This document shows, piece after piece, positions 28,698 through 40,480 of a stretch of 64,000 nt of DNA. The DNA comes from Phoronis australis. Taxonomy: Eukaryota; Animalia; Phoronida. The translations under genes and the position numbers were made by a program. Within the stretch, counting starts at the first letter, position 1; each line of letters opens with the position of its first letter. The notes under the pieces were generated by a model. The model did no database searches and had not been told where the DNA came from. It was given only the letters and a program-made list of their open reading frames with translations. The DNA lies in contig NMRA01000041.1 in NCBI GenBank assembly GCA_002633005.1, positions 1,245,294 to 1,309,293 of the forward strand, in the 5' to 3' direction.

Positions 28698-29362
28698 TAA
28701 ATGATCTAAACCAAGGGAGTTTATAGCGCTCATATCACCCGCATCAGTTTCAGCCAATTAGGTAACGATTTTTTATACTCCCACTAAGTCACGCAACGCA
28801 ATTTGAAACGCCGTGGCTTGCCTATGAGTACAGAACTTCAAATAGGATTTTGTAATATTCCCACATCTACTTAATTCGAGCCGAAAGCCGCTATGGCAAC
28901 TAAATCGATTGACATTTCTTTAGAGCAAGAGTTTACGTCGTATTGAAAGTGATTTGTGTTTTCAACCCATGTCAAAATTTCAACAAAAGCGCCATGGGTA
29001 TTTCTGAATCCATGGCGGCGATCTGTCAACCGCGGCCGGAACCGGACGAAATGAAGTCAATTTGGGTTAAACCGCCATTGTTTTTGCTTGTTTAGGGTGC
29101 ATTTTTTAAAAGGTGGACAACTAAAAAATACCGCACCACCGTACGTATTCTGAAAAAGCAAAGACTGGAACAAACTATGTTTTTGGTCTAATGAAACAAA
29201 TCCAAAAGATGGCGCTTAGTTCAAGTCATTTACGAAAATTTGCCCTTTGCATGCGATGTCAAGTAACAGCCACAAGCAACATGCCGTGAACTTCTTTTGC
29301 TACCTATGATGGTTAGAATTAAAGACAGGTTCCCTGGATACACTAGTTGGAATAGTTATGTC

Positions 29363-29947
29363 TTATCCCATACGCGTTGAATCTGTCGAGGGAAATACGG
29401 CCACGTAATAAAGTTTTCCGTATTCACCTCCCGCACTACTTCAACAGGGACCTTTGGCATGGACAGTTCCAATGGTAAGTCAAGGTGGACTCGACGTCGT
29501 TAGCCGGTTCGATCACCAAACGTTTGGAAAATAGTTTAAAGTAATACAATTATAGCAGTGTAAATAACGCTCAACATACAATCAGGTCTCAATCGTAACA
29601 TCAGGAACAGGACTGTTAATTATATGACAGTTCTGTCTCAGTTTTCATTTGCTAAATATTTTATCGTCTGCAACTCAGGCGCCGATCCCTCGGTAACTAC
29701 AATATCAAATATTGTTGTTATTTAACTATTTTCAGGAGATGTTACAAGTTCAATGAAACGTTATCCTTGTTTTCATCTTTGTTATCTCTTTTCAAGTAAT
29801 AAATCGTCACATTTAAAACTGTTTCTTTTACTAGAGAAAACGTGCAGCCTAATGCGCAAGTACATGTGCATACATATAGGATGTGATCCGCCACGTGAAC
29901 CGCGGAAAAAATTAAAGAAACTTAGGAATTCGAAGCGTATGGGATAA
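29363..29947 (+). mobile_element. MITE family A, copy 1 (3' of the DUF3105 gene)
   Basis: Has its own terminal inverted repeat TTATCCCATACGC ... GCGTATGGGATAA; aligns over its full length with the reverse complement of 41157-41727. Confidence 0.85.
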
Positions 29948-30317
29948 ATACAAAACGTACCTCGATTGGCGTACATGTACATGAAGTAATATCTCACTCG
30001 ACATTATTTCGCGTTAACAAACATCCGGAGTACCTATATGGATTCAAGCTGACCTTTGCATATCGGTTTTGAAACCAAGGTGAGAATGTGACGTGCACGC
30101 AAGTTTTGAAACGGAGAACTTGAAAAATGTATGATTTCATGGGATTTCAGAACGTATTTCAAATATTTTGAAGAATCGTATTGATAACAATATGCACTTG
30201 GTTAGTGATAAAGGTACGTGTACTTACTGTAAATGGGCATAACTGTGCAAGTAATGAAATGTAGTTTGCACTTTTCTCAAAGAGACTGACAACTTAAATT
30301 CTAAAACTTTTGACAAG

Positions 30318-30323
30318 TTTATT
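30318..30323 (-). terminator. candidate polyadenylation signal AATAAA of the DUF3105 gene
   Basis: tttatt on the + strand, about 150 nt past the stop codon at 30475. Confidence 0.4.
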
Positions 30324-30474
30324 TTCAAGCAATAGTCCAGTCGTTAGCAAAACCATTTGTTAGTTTGTAGGCAGAGCAATTCCTGAGTTCGATCAAATCT
30401 GTGGTAAAACATACTCCGTGCCGGGAGGCGCGTTTGAAGGACAATTGCGATCAATTTTTACGTCTTCATACGTC

Positions 30475-30573
30475 TCAGAAAAGTAGAAGACTTCTTCGCA
30501 TTTCGTGTTCTTCGCCGTCCTTGTCTTCCTCTTCCTGTTTGTTCAACTCGTACATTAGTTTAGGACTGATATC
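30475..30573 (-). CDS. DUF3105/TP53I13-like protein, coding exon 9 (last)
   Basis: Acceptor tttttgctttttag|GAT, phase 0; DISPKLMYELNKQEEEDKDGEEHEMRRSLLLF*. The other two frames hit a stop within six codons. Confidence 0.7.
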   Translation of the reverse strand, partial: DISPKLMYELNKQEEEDKDGEEHEMRRSLLLF

Positions 30574-31139
30574 CTAAAAAGCAAAAACAATCATGCATGT
30601 ATTTGATTTTGCTTATACTTAGTGCACGTTCGTAGACTTAAAAACAGGACATGGAACATCACCGGTAACGTGAGTCTCCGTAATGTAAAGAGAAATTTAA
30701 AATACTAGTATTTAGCGATACAGTTTGTTGTATTACTGAAATGCAGATGAATCTGCATGATTAATGACACACGAGTTAAAGAAGATCACATTTAACCGAC
30801 AGCCATGTGAATATTAAACAGGTTTCGAACACGTGTTCCATAAGTACATGTCCCATCATTTTTGATGAGAAAATAGAATTGACAATTAGTGACTTTGTCC
30901 CAGGAAGCGGCGTTGAAAGTATTGCATATAGGCACTCAACAACGTCTTCATCATCAAGCTTATACAAACTTGACCGGGAGACAACCTGAACAGAAACCTT
31001 CAAAGTTGTCCTCAGGTATGCAAAAACACTTGTTGCGTAAGCAGTGCTCCGTCGCCAGAACCCATACACATTCGTTTTCACCTCTCTCACTGCCTGCCTC
31101 TACCATGTCAGCAAGCAGCACAGCACCTTCGTAACTTAC

Positions 31140-31262
31140 CGGGTTATGAGGGCAGATGACACTGTCCTTTTCGTCTGAGACAATTTGGGAGTGCTCAATG
31201 AGGGTGTCATTGAAGAATCCGTCCAAATACACAACAAACTCATTCGTCTGCAGTCCATGCAT
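31140..31262 (-). CDS. DUF3105/TP53I13-like protein, coding exon 8
   Basis: tttccgtag|ATG...CCG|gtaagt; MHGLQTNEFVVYLDGFFNDTLIEHSQIVSDEKDSVICPHNP fits the animal DUF3105 C-terminal pattern DGxF...L...VSD..DS..CP. Confidence 0.88.
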
Positions 31263-32065
31263 CTACGGAAAGCACAAAATACGTCATCGAGACAAACAAG
31301 CACGCAATTCGTTATAACACTCAAAGATAGTATACGTTTTATTGCTGAGGAACATGTAAACACGGGCCAGCAGACGCACCAGAACTTAACAAATGATGAA
31401 AAGCAATTTTTTTCTATCTTCACGTTTTTCTTGCTTCCATGGTTGCAAAGAAGCATCAACTCTTTTTTGTGGCGTAGCGCGCTATTGGCCAAGTAAATGA
31501 GAAAAAATATCTCAACAAGTCAATTCGCAGTATTGTAGGCAGACTAGTAAATCTTTTAGTAAGTCACGCAGTATCCAGTCAGCTAGCTGCATCAAAACTA
31601 ACTTTAAAATATGCACCATATCTTAGCACCAAGGCTAGTAATAAAGAAGTAGTTCTGTACGACAAAGTATCAAAAACATACATCCATAGGTACTCTATAC
31701 AGCATTGCAACGTGCACACTGCACTCGCGTTTACGTTTTCGCTTCCAAAGTGTAACTGGGTGTACATGGGTACGACGTCTGGCACGTTCCAATGAAGACT
31801 GAGACGCGCAAACATGCCACGACTACGTGTTTGTAGGGATAACGGGGAATGAGCAATTACAAAAAAATCACCATGAGATGTCCGTAATCGAATGTCAGTT
31901 TGGAAGAGGTTAAAGGCCTTGTAGTGTTGTTTTCTAAATCTTCTTTTGCAAAAGTGTGTTCCTTGCGGGCGGAAGTTCCCAGAAAGAGACGCCACGAGAG
32001 TGGCATGTTTTTTTAGAAATTAGATTGAATCGCATGATAGCATTAAACGTACGTGTAATTCTTAC

Positions 32066-32143
32066 CTTGGTGAAAGCAACGGCCAAGTCTATGTCGGCAT
32101 GTCCCAACAGCAGGGCGCAACCCCACGACAACAGAGCGTATGG
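32066..32143 (-). CDS. DUF3105/TP53I13-like protein, coding exon 7
   Basis: tttacag|CCA...AAG|gtaaga; PYALLSWGCALLLGHADIDLAVAFTK carries the PxALxxWG motif of DUF3105. Confidence 0.92.
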
Positions 32144-32600
32144 CTGTAAATGGCAACAGATGTGGAGACATAAATCTCAGATCAATAAACTTTTCTCCAA
32201 AAGTGATTCCAAAATTGACCAATCACGTCGCATGGAATTTCAACGTTTACCTGAAGCTTTTAACGTGATTTTTCAATATTTCCGTACATCGAAAGTGCAT
32301 CCTACCGTTCAGTTTGTCAGGGGAAAGAATTATCAGTGGCAGTGTGATAAAATTTGGTATCACCTTGGAGATCCTTCATCTCGGTTGCTAAGATAATTGT
32401 CTCTATTTTGGCCCCTACCCGTCATATAGGACATTTTATGGCATATATTGTCGCACGCGACACTTACAGCCATCACGGCGACAACATTTTGTGAATGTGC
32501 CAATAAATGCCTTCGTCGTTCACGTAGCATGTTGGCACTCCCGGCACGTATTGTCGCGCTCCCTGTTGGGGTCGACAATACGAGTCATATACGACAATAT

Positions 32601-33766
32601 CAGCCGATTTCATAAAGGTGGTTTGAAGTTAAACCTGGTTTAAACTGGACTTAGACCAGGTTTAAAGATAATCTGCATTTCATAAAGGTGGTTTAACTTT
32701 TAGACCAGTGGTCTAGTAAAACCTGGTTTAACTCCAGTTTAGACCTGGTCTAAGTCCGTTTTCATTTCACCAACGAGGTCTATATTCTTTAGACCTGTAT
32801 TAAGATCTTAAACCATGTTTAACTTTAAACTTGGTCAGACCCAGGTTTAATTGTTAAATATGTCAGACTTGCATGGTATGGGTACAACTGAATGATGCCG
32901 CGAAGTGCATTTGCGACACAGATTGAGAGCGAAAATGGACTTTTTTCAATATTCAGCTTTACTACGACACAAGATCAATCATAGCAGAGGCGGATCTAGG
33001 ATTTTTAAAGGGGGGTCAAGGACTTTTTGAAAAGGGAGACCAAGTCAACAATTAGAAAATTATAGATTTGATATCACTAAAATCAAGGGAAAAAACGGGG
33101 ACTCCGGACCCTATGACGCCCCTGGATCCGCCTATGCGTAGACCAGTACGTGCTGGAGTGTGTCCTGCGAATTCCTCAGAATACAACTGGTCGAGCAGGT
33201 TGTCATCGTTGTAAGTGCTACAGATTTGACTAAAGACAGCATATTCTGATTTTTCTGAGTTCCACCTCCCCTGTTTTCTATGATTTAATGTTGCCGGGAA
33301 GGGGTCTTGCCCCCCCTTTGGCCGCGAAAAATAAACACTAAAATGACACGGAAATAAATTTTTAGCATTTATCATGTTACATCTAATCATGAGGATGTTC
33401 TTTAATGTGTGTGTTTTGGGCACAGAAATTAAATTTTTCCTCATGAGAAAAGCTTTTAGACCTTTTTCGTAACTGTCTGCACTGATTCTACTAGTGTATG
33501 CCATTGTATACCCACGTGATTAAGGTTTCATTGAAGCACGTCAATAGTTTCTTTGTTGGGTTTACCCAGCTCGACACAGTGGGGTGACTTTAATACTTTA
33601 AACCTGGTTTTACTGAACCAGCTTCCTGGTCTAGCAAAACCAGGCTTTCATACTCTTAAACCAACTTGGTGAAATGCAAGTCAGGTCTAAAATTAGACCA
33701 GGTTTAGGAAGAACAGGTTTAAGACTTAAACCTGGTTTTGTTAAACCACCTTTGTGAAATCGGCTG
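32601..33766. mobile_element. non-autonomous DNA transposon (PIF/Harbinger-like) in an intron
   Basis: TIR CAGCCGATTTCATAAAGGTGGTTT ... AAACCACCTTTGTGAAATCGGCTG, with many subterminal AAACCWGGTTT / AGACCAGGT palindromes. Flanks tat|...|tat. Superfamily assignment is inferred. Confidence 0.85.
32985..33136. mobile_element. GC-rich hairpin MITE with 5-bp TSD (hAT5-like), nested
   Basis: CAGAGGCGGATCTAGG ... CCTGGATCCGCCTATG; TSD catag/cgtag (one CpG-type change). Confidence 0.8.
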
Positions 33767-33853
33767 TATATGTCCACAAGAGGGCTCCCCTATGCTCTGC
33801 TTCCTGAAGGACTGGACAGTAGTTTGTCAATGCGCATGACAAGTCTTACTAAC

Positions 33854-33982
33854 GTGTTCATCGTCCAAGAGGTCAGTGGCACTGATAATGTGACGAAACA
33901 TGCATCCTTTCAAGACGTCTTTCAGTTTTTGAAGCTCCGCCTTGTCAACACATGGATCGTACAACAGAGCAATAGCCCCGTG
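33854..33982 (-). CDS. DUF3105/TP53I13-like protein, coding exon 6
   Basis: tgtttcag|CAC...CAC|gttagt; HGAIALLYDPCVDKAELQKLKDVLKGCMFRHIISATDLLDDEH completes the HxLEHGA(V/I)xxxYxPC signature. Confidence 0.93.
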
Positions 33983-34757
33983 CTGAAACATAAATTAAAA
34001 TTGCATTTTCAGCTCGTAACGAACATTATTAACGCCGTGGCGGCTTTACGACATTCCAACTGTATACATGTATTTATTAAGTTTCATGGTACTTCCTATT
34101 TTGTAACCCATAATTTCAAATCAAGTTTTTAACAAGTTGAGATGAAATACTGGACTATAGACTACCTCCAGAGACCAGAATTCCGCGAGCATTACGCCCG
34201 CGGGATTCCAGACTGCTCCCAACACTCATTCTTATCTGGTTGACAAGATCAATGAATTCTTTCTTCCCCCTAACGCAACGTTTGCATTCAACATTTGAAC
34301 GGGAAAGTAGTCCAAACAAAATATATCGAAATCATCAGGTTGTTTGACAAGGTTAAACATTACTTCACCACAATTTTTCACGACAGCTTTTTCGTACAAT
34401 GGAAATATAAGACAAAGTAATTAGCATTATGAACTCCGTATTAATTCACCTCAAGTGTCCTAAAACATCCGGATTACCTCGGCTATTTTCGAACTGTCGA
34501 ATATACCAGTCGGAGGTGTGTCCTGCGGGTGTGCGAACTTAAGTCATACGGCAAGACACGAGACTTTTAAAGAGGAAATTGGTTGGTCGTATGACAGAAG
34601 GACGCACCTGCCGCAGAAACGAAACACCTCCAAGGCTAGATCTGAGACACCCTAAATACCAGAGGTGTTCCAGATGGTCCTAATGAACTATTTCTTTTTT
34701 CACGGCAGCTGCCGGAGTGAGACACATATTATCTCCGAGTGAACAGATTTTTCTCAC

Positions 34758-34836
34758 CTCCAAACCGTGGAGATATCTTTCTGGTGGGATGTACCTGTAC
34801 TCTCCGTACTGCGGCCAGACTGGGCGATGGGGTCCA
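34758..34836 (-). CDS. DUF3105/TP53I13-like protein, coding exon 5
   Basis: tttatttcag|T...GAG|gtgaga; (S)GPHRPVWPQYGEYRYIPPERYLHGLE carries the SGxH.P.W..YGEY..IP..R.LH.LE motif. Confidence 0.93.
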
Positions 34837-34939
34837 CTGAAATAAAGACGACTTCCTTATCCGTTATTTAAGTTGACCAGGTCAATAAAAGCGGCTGCAC
34901 TGCTAGCTGTTCAGTGGTGCAAAGTTAGGATAGAACTGT

Positions 34940-35361
34940 TTTACGGTATTGCAATGTTACAAGCATGCAATAATGTGAGCAGTTCACTGAAGCAAACCAA
35001 GACTCAAACGGTTTGAGCTGTTAACGTTACAACTAATGCAAATGACGAATATAACGCTTTGGTGTGTTAAAACGTTACAAGCGTCACACTAGTAATAGAT
35101 ATTCACTAAATTAAACCACGAACATCACGGTTCGATGTGATTAAACGTTACAAGCTGTTCACTAATGTAAAGCGCTAATGCGTTAACTGTTTTGCGGCGC
35201 TTAAACGTTATACAAGCGTCACCCTAATATCAGATGTTCACTAATGCAAAGCACAGATTTAACGGTTTTGGGTGCTAAAACGGTTCAAGCGTCACACTAA
35301 CATGCTTTCTAATGCAAACCACGAATATAACGGTTTTGCAGTGTTAAAACGTTACAAGCGT
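34940..35361. repeat. degenerate minisatellite, about 7 units of ~60-75 bp, intronic
   Basis: Recurring core aacggttt(t)g...taaaacgttacaagcgtcacacta...ctaatgcaaa. Confidence 0.8.
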
Positions 35362-35684
35362 AGTAGTGGGAGAACCACAATGAAAGTGCCACCTTTTTGA
35401 CTCCTTAAAATCTTCCACTCCAACAATCGCTAACTGCGTTTAAGTTGTATACTAAACCAGATTGTCTCCAGGCGGGAAAGTTTTACCATGTCGGCTTAAA
35501 TTTAGGAACCAAACCATGAGATGCCAGGTTACCATTCTATGCAGACTACAAACTGGGTTGTACTAGGGGTTTCGTTATACTTTTGCGGATACCCCGATAA
35601 AACAGCCAACCCGTCTAATTGCAGTATATCAAGCAAGTCTATTAGACACACAATAAAGGGCAGACGTCTTCGCTTACAACTTAC

Positions 35685-35743
35685 CTCACTGGCAAGTGAT
35701 CCGGGTTTGGTGGTACGTGCTCAGAGGTACAGTAATGAATAGG
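35685..35743 (-). CDS. DUF3105/TP53I13-like protein, coding exon 4
   Basis: ccttttccttttgcag|CCT...AG|gtaagt; PIHYCTSEHVPPNPDHLPV. Its phase-2 end matches the single leading T of exon 5 (AG+T = Ser). Confidence 0.88.
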
Positions 35744-36617
35744 CTGCAAAAGGAAAAGGACACAAGCAATTAAACTTTCATTTTTGGGTTGTGTGGTTTT
35801 GTCAAAACTTGGTCAATTCCTCGGCAACGGTGTGGACAAAGATTGTTGGGAATCTTGAGATACAGCGAAACTTGTGGGGCACTGCATGGCTTTGTGAAGA
35901 GCCAAAACTATACGATCACATTGTGTGCTTATGATACTTTTTACGACTTCACCCTGCACCCAAAATTCAACATAAAGTGTATGGTCTTACTAAGAGCTGT
36001 AATTAAAGCAAACACGATATAAAATAGAGGTATGAGGCATAACTTATGTCAAACCTGCTGCAAACCCGCTGTCAAATAACATTGCAGGTTTAGATTAATA
36101 TTTTGCCTTCTTCAACTGAAATTATGGAATTGGTCTTACTCAAATCAGGCACGACTCTCGGCGGGGTTGGAAGGAACTGATTGTTCGTTATTTTATAACG
36201 TCATTCTCAGAACAGTGCGTTGTCGCCGTCGGTCATTTTGTACGCTGACCAATGCTTAAGTGATAGCAAGCTAATTGTTTTTTTCTAGACATAGCCCAAT
36301 AATCATTTCCTAGTCAGTACCATCACTGAGACCTGTTGTCTAGCGGTAAGTGGTCTAAAGATCCGTGCTTTTAGCTGAAAGGGAGTTAGGGGTAGCTTGC
36401 GCTTGCTCTGGCGTGAATTTAAGTAAGATCCAATTCCAAGACCATTAGGACTGTTTCTACTACAATGTAGGCCTATAAAGCAGAGATCGACCAGAAGAAT
36501 ATGCCCCTGAACCTTTAAGTCGGACGCCTAGATGAAGAAGGTTCTACCAGGTGCCACCGTATTATATAACACAGAAAGAATTTCGATTAAATGCACACGG
36601 TGAATCAGTTGCCTTAC

Positions 36618-36656
36618 CGGGTACAATTCTTTTTGACAGTAGCTAATCGGTTTGTT
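36618..36656 (-). CDS. DUF3105/TP53I13-like protein, coding exon 3 (39-nt micro-exon)
   Basis: ctgctttcag|AAC...CCG|gtaagg; NKPISYCQKELYP, phase 0-0. Confidence 0.8.
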
Positions 36657-37090
36657 CTGAAAGCAGAATGTTGTATGAATATCAAATGAAATGCTACATA
36701 TATACGCACGTTTATAGCCTACGTGTTTTATAGTAAAACACAAGTCTTAGATTGAGACATAAGGCATAGCTTGGCGTTCTGCGCAACTACAGACTCCAGG
36801 AAGGGCTATAAGCGATAATATATAAATGGAAGACTATGAAACATTGCTATTCACTTTGCTTTAAAATCCATGCTTTACTATCACCAAGAGAAAACAAACA
36901 GCGTACATTATTTTTTAACTGTTTGTAGCTGGATCAAGTCCCGAGACTTTCTAAGTCTTTCGGTCGAAAAATGACGTGTGGTTATTTTCCCTCATCTTCG
37001 TACTGTAATACAAAACTACACCACTCCATTTTAAAAGAGTCGACAAGGAAACCGACTTGACTCGCTTAAAAACATGCTAAGCTTTATTAC

Positions 37091-37168
37091 CTGATTGGGT
37101 TTGATGGTTTCTGATCGTTGACAGGTGTAAATATCGGGGTTGTGGTCCCAGTCCATCGTTAAATTTGC
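37091..37168 (-). CDS. DUF3105/TP53I13-like protein, coding exon 2
   Basis: tttttccatag|GCA...CAG|gtaata; ANLTMDWDHNPDIYTCQRSETIKPNQ matches the NLTxDWD....YTC pattern as I recall it from invertebrate members. Confidence 0.88.
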
Positions 37169-38918
37169 CTATGGAAAAACCACTTTGAACGTTAACGTTG
37201 ACAGCGGGGCATTCCGGGCTGGGCTATCCGAATACATATAGTGGGCAATAAATCAGTTATCTTCTCAGTCAGGACCATAAAGCGGTTGTTAAGCTACGAT
37301 TACTTGCACAGTTCAACAGGAACAGTTGTATAAGTAAGAGCAGAGTTCACAAAGAACTACTTTCACTGATCTTCTATGCTAATTTCAAAAGGTGCATTTT
37401 ATGTGAAAGACACCCGTGATATACAACCCTCTGAAAAATTCTAAGCCACCACGGAGACTAGTTAACCCACAATGGGATTGATCAGCAATAAACCGAGAAG
37501 TAATACGTGTGTAATAAACCGCGGTCCGTATTTCAAGGTTGAATAGTGCCAGCAATTATACTTAAAGGATACTAAACTCTGTTTTGATGATTTCAACCAA
37601 TTCTCGTTCTGTCACATGCTAATGGATCATTGGCGTCGATCGTGATGAAATATCAAAGCAATAATCAACTAAAAATTCATGCACCCTATCTCACAAATTG
37701 GACATTATGGTCCTTGGTGGGTGGTCTTTTCACACAGAAGCGGCCGTGTAATTCGCTAGAAGCGTAGGTCACACTTGTCCGTTTAGCAGACTTTGAAAAT
37801 AGTTTTCAAATTTTCCTCCAAACATTTAAGGGTTGTCGAGGACGACAGAATCATTGTGTTCCAGAGAACTGGATGGGAAAGTCGTTCTTAGTATCTAATG
37901 TTGGCCAAAATTGGATTTGGTATCGTTTTAAAAACGTGACCAGTATACGGGACTTCGTTAGAACCATTTTTCGAAATTTCTTTTGTCGTTCCAAAATTTT
38001 TCTTGACATAAATAGAAACATTATAAAAGGCCAAAGTTGGTTCCAGTGGCTGTCCCAGAGCTGCTTGTTTCTACATATAGTCAGTGTGGAATTTACAAAA
38101 TGTTTAGCTCATGTTGACCATTAAACTTCGCTTTCATTGGCCCGTGGTGGAACTGCTCAACCGATTTACTTCTTTATTGATAAAATGAAGGAACAGCATG
38201 TATAAATACAGTTACCTGGGAATAATGCAGTTGACATAAACACCAAAATTATAATTACCTCGCATTCATCCAAAACACAATGATATAAGCTAAATGTCAT
38301 CTGACCAAAAAGTTGTAACCGTGATTGTTTAAAAACGTGGCTTTCAGCGGAAGAAATCAACAAGTGACCAATCCATGCAAATTTTACTGCAGTAGGTGAT
38401 AAGGCGAATAACAGTGAAAATGTTAGCATTTGGAGAACACACCAGAAGCGGGTTTGGTGAATGAATTACTACTCAAAGAGAAAATAAACGTCTTTGACGT
38501 TTCACATGCTAAAAACAACATGAACAAGTCCATGGTTGTCTAGAAGAAATGATTTTTTGCTTGGTTAATGTTCTAATGGTGTACATTTACAAAAGATTCA
38601 ACAATGGAAAGTGATGTAAACGGTTCAGCAAACTGTCTGCATGTTAGTCCTGTGTTCACGTCCGTCCAGAAAATACGAATAAATTACAATGACTGTGTTC
38701 AAGCAGCTAATCTCAAATTGAGTTAATTTTGTGCTAAGTAAATGCAAAATTACGATGCAGGTATTTTGCTGAAGCGTTTAAGCAGCCTTACTTTATAACA
38801 TGGACATTAGATACATGCCAGGGCAACAGTAATTAACGTTTGAAAATGCCTTTCAATGATAATTCAGCAACTCCATTGTTACTGAGGTATCAAGAACGGA
38901 CTTGCTTTCCCAACTTGC

Positions 38919-39134
38919 CTGCCCGGTATCACAATGTTCGTCAATCATCATTGCGGCGCTCTTGTGATCGAAGGTAGGTACTTTCATGCCAGGCGGTCTG
39001 CGTGGCCCTTTTACGCTATCTAATTTTTTGCCCTGTTTGGGTCCCTTTTGACCTCCATCTTGTTGTTTACTACTCAGCGACGCTGACCAGACGAGTGTCA
39101 CCACGGTCCCCAGTAACAACAGTCTCCCAAACAT
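38919..39134 (-). CDS. DUF3105/TP53I13-like protein, coding exon 1 with signal peptide
   Basis: MFGRLLLLGTVVTLVWSASLS (signal-peptide-like)...IDEHCDTGQ. GC donor CAG|gcaagt; upstream acceptor catttccag at 39182. The nine exons sum to 900 nt = 299 aa plus stop. Confidence 0.85.
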
Positions 39135-39248
39135 TTCCCTGGAAATTGGACGAAAATATCTGCCAGACGTCTCTACCGGCACTGGAAATGATGAAACACC
39201 AAACTAACAATGTGTATAGGAATAACCTTTAGTAAAGCTCGTCACTCC

Positions 39249-39407
39249 CAGTGGCAGATTTAGAGGGGGGCCAAGGGGGCCATGCCCCCCCGAAACTCTC
39301 CCAGATTCCATTTGGCAGTTTGGGGGTGCGAATGTCTAACGAGCAAATCCTGGCCAATACTCTGCCCTGCCCCCCCCCCCTAACTAAAAATCCTGGATCT
39401 GCCCCTG
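39249..39407. mobile_element. GC-rich hairpin MITE with 5-bp TSD (hAT5-like)
   Basis: ACTCC|CAGTGGCAGATTTAG ... CTGGATCTGCCCCTG|ACTCC, a perfect 5-bp TSD. The interior is the reverse complement of the 58997-59186 copy. Confidence 0.88.
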
Positions 39408-40319
39408 ACTCCTAACACACGTGCCGTGAGAAATATTCCCTTCTCTGCAGTATACAACATGTATCACGGAAATGAGTATTCGTAGCGTTTGGGTAGCACT
39501 CGATAGTTTTTTTTAGCCTGACAGTTGAATTTACATGCTTTGTTAATGATTGGCGCGTGTTGAGTCGACTAGGCATTTTAAGGTTTTTGCTGCTTGTGAG
39601 AGCTACGAATGGCATTCACTTAATTTTTTGTCAGTTCGAACAATTGGCGAAAATCTGCATTCCACCGTCCCATGAGTACCAAAACGTGCTAAGGGAGAAG
39701 CCACGAGCATTATGGTCGCAGCAGCAAATGTTCGTGAGACATCGCCACGCATTGCACAGTGATGCACACATGATCACGGCAGCTATCTTCACGAGCGTCA
39801 TGTGTCCACAGAACGAGCTCCGACGTTGACAACTTTCAGTGTTACGGATATGACACGTTAAAAAGAAAAAGGGCACCAACATGTATCAGACGATATTTAG
39901 TATTTCTTGCAAACCCGTCAGATGTTTTCTATTTCGAACATAGAGATGGATATAATGGAAAAATAATTCAAGGGAACAGTACTTTCTCGTACTGCCTCTT
40001 TTGAAAACTTAAAAGGGTAAACTATTTAAATTTGTATTTAAGCATAAGGTACGCATCGCATTCTACATATTTTGACGAAGTTATTCTACGAGACAATAAA
40101 AGTTTTGTTTAAATGTAACCTAAGAAAAAACACGTTAAAAATACTAAGGACCTAAGTCACACGTCATTTCTCTGGGCGTCAGTTGTAGAATAATTAAGAA
40201 TTTGGTTCGTAATATACATCTACTGATAGAGAAATGGACCGAATGTTTAACCCTCCAGATGTACATGTACACCTGCATTTGTTTCCCGCGTTGTCTAGCT
40301 TACATGCACGTGTACTTAC

Positions 40320-40480
40320 CAAAAGACTTCTTCAGTTTCGTGCCTTCCACCCGATCAAGTTTCTTACTGAGACAAAATCCGCGGTATCTCAGACTGATAA
40401 TTGGCAAGATACATGTACAACACGCCCACAGGAATCGTCATCGACAACAGATGCCCGCACTGACGACGAATGTCACGTAC
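40320..40480 (-). other. probable 5' UTR exon and promoter region of the DUF3105 gene
   Basis: Strong donor TTTTG|gtaagt at 40320/40319 can pair with the acceptor at 39182; an AT-rich TATA-like tract lies at ~40518-40528. The 5' boundary is approximate. Confidence 0.45.

Noticed and set aside
30776-31139. Read-through ORFs (Cys-rich CFCIPEDNFEGFCSGC; VYGFWRRS...)
   Set aside because: They lie downstream of the strong CCG|gtaagt donor within an intron, and no family is recognisable.
34940-35361. Repeat-spacer array (CRISPR-like)
   Set aside because: Units are degenerate over their whole length and the inter-core segments are related to one another, so this is a minisatellite.
37690-38070. 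Faint NAGPA-like peptide fragments (TGHVFKTIPNP, KRTSV, HNVQF) in the GC-AG intron of the DUF3105 gene
   Set aside because: The similarity is too short and is split across frames with stops; it cannot be supported without BLASTX.
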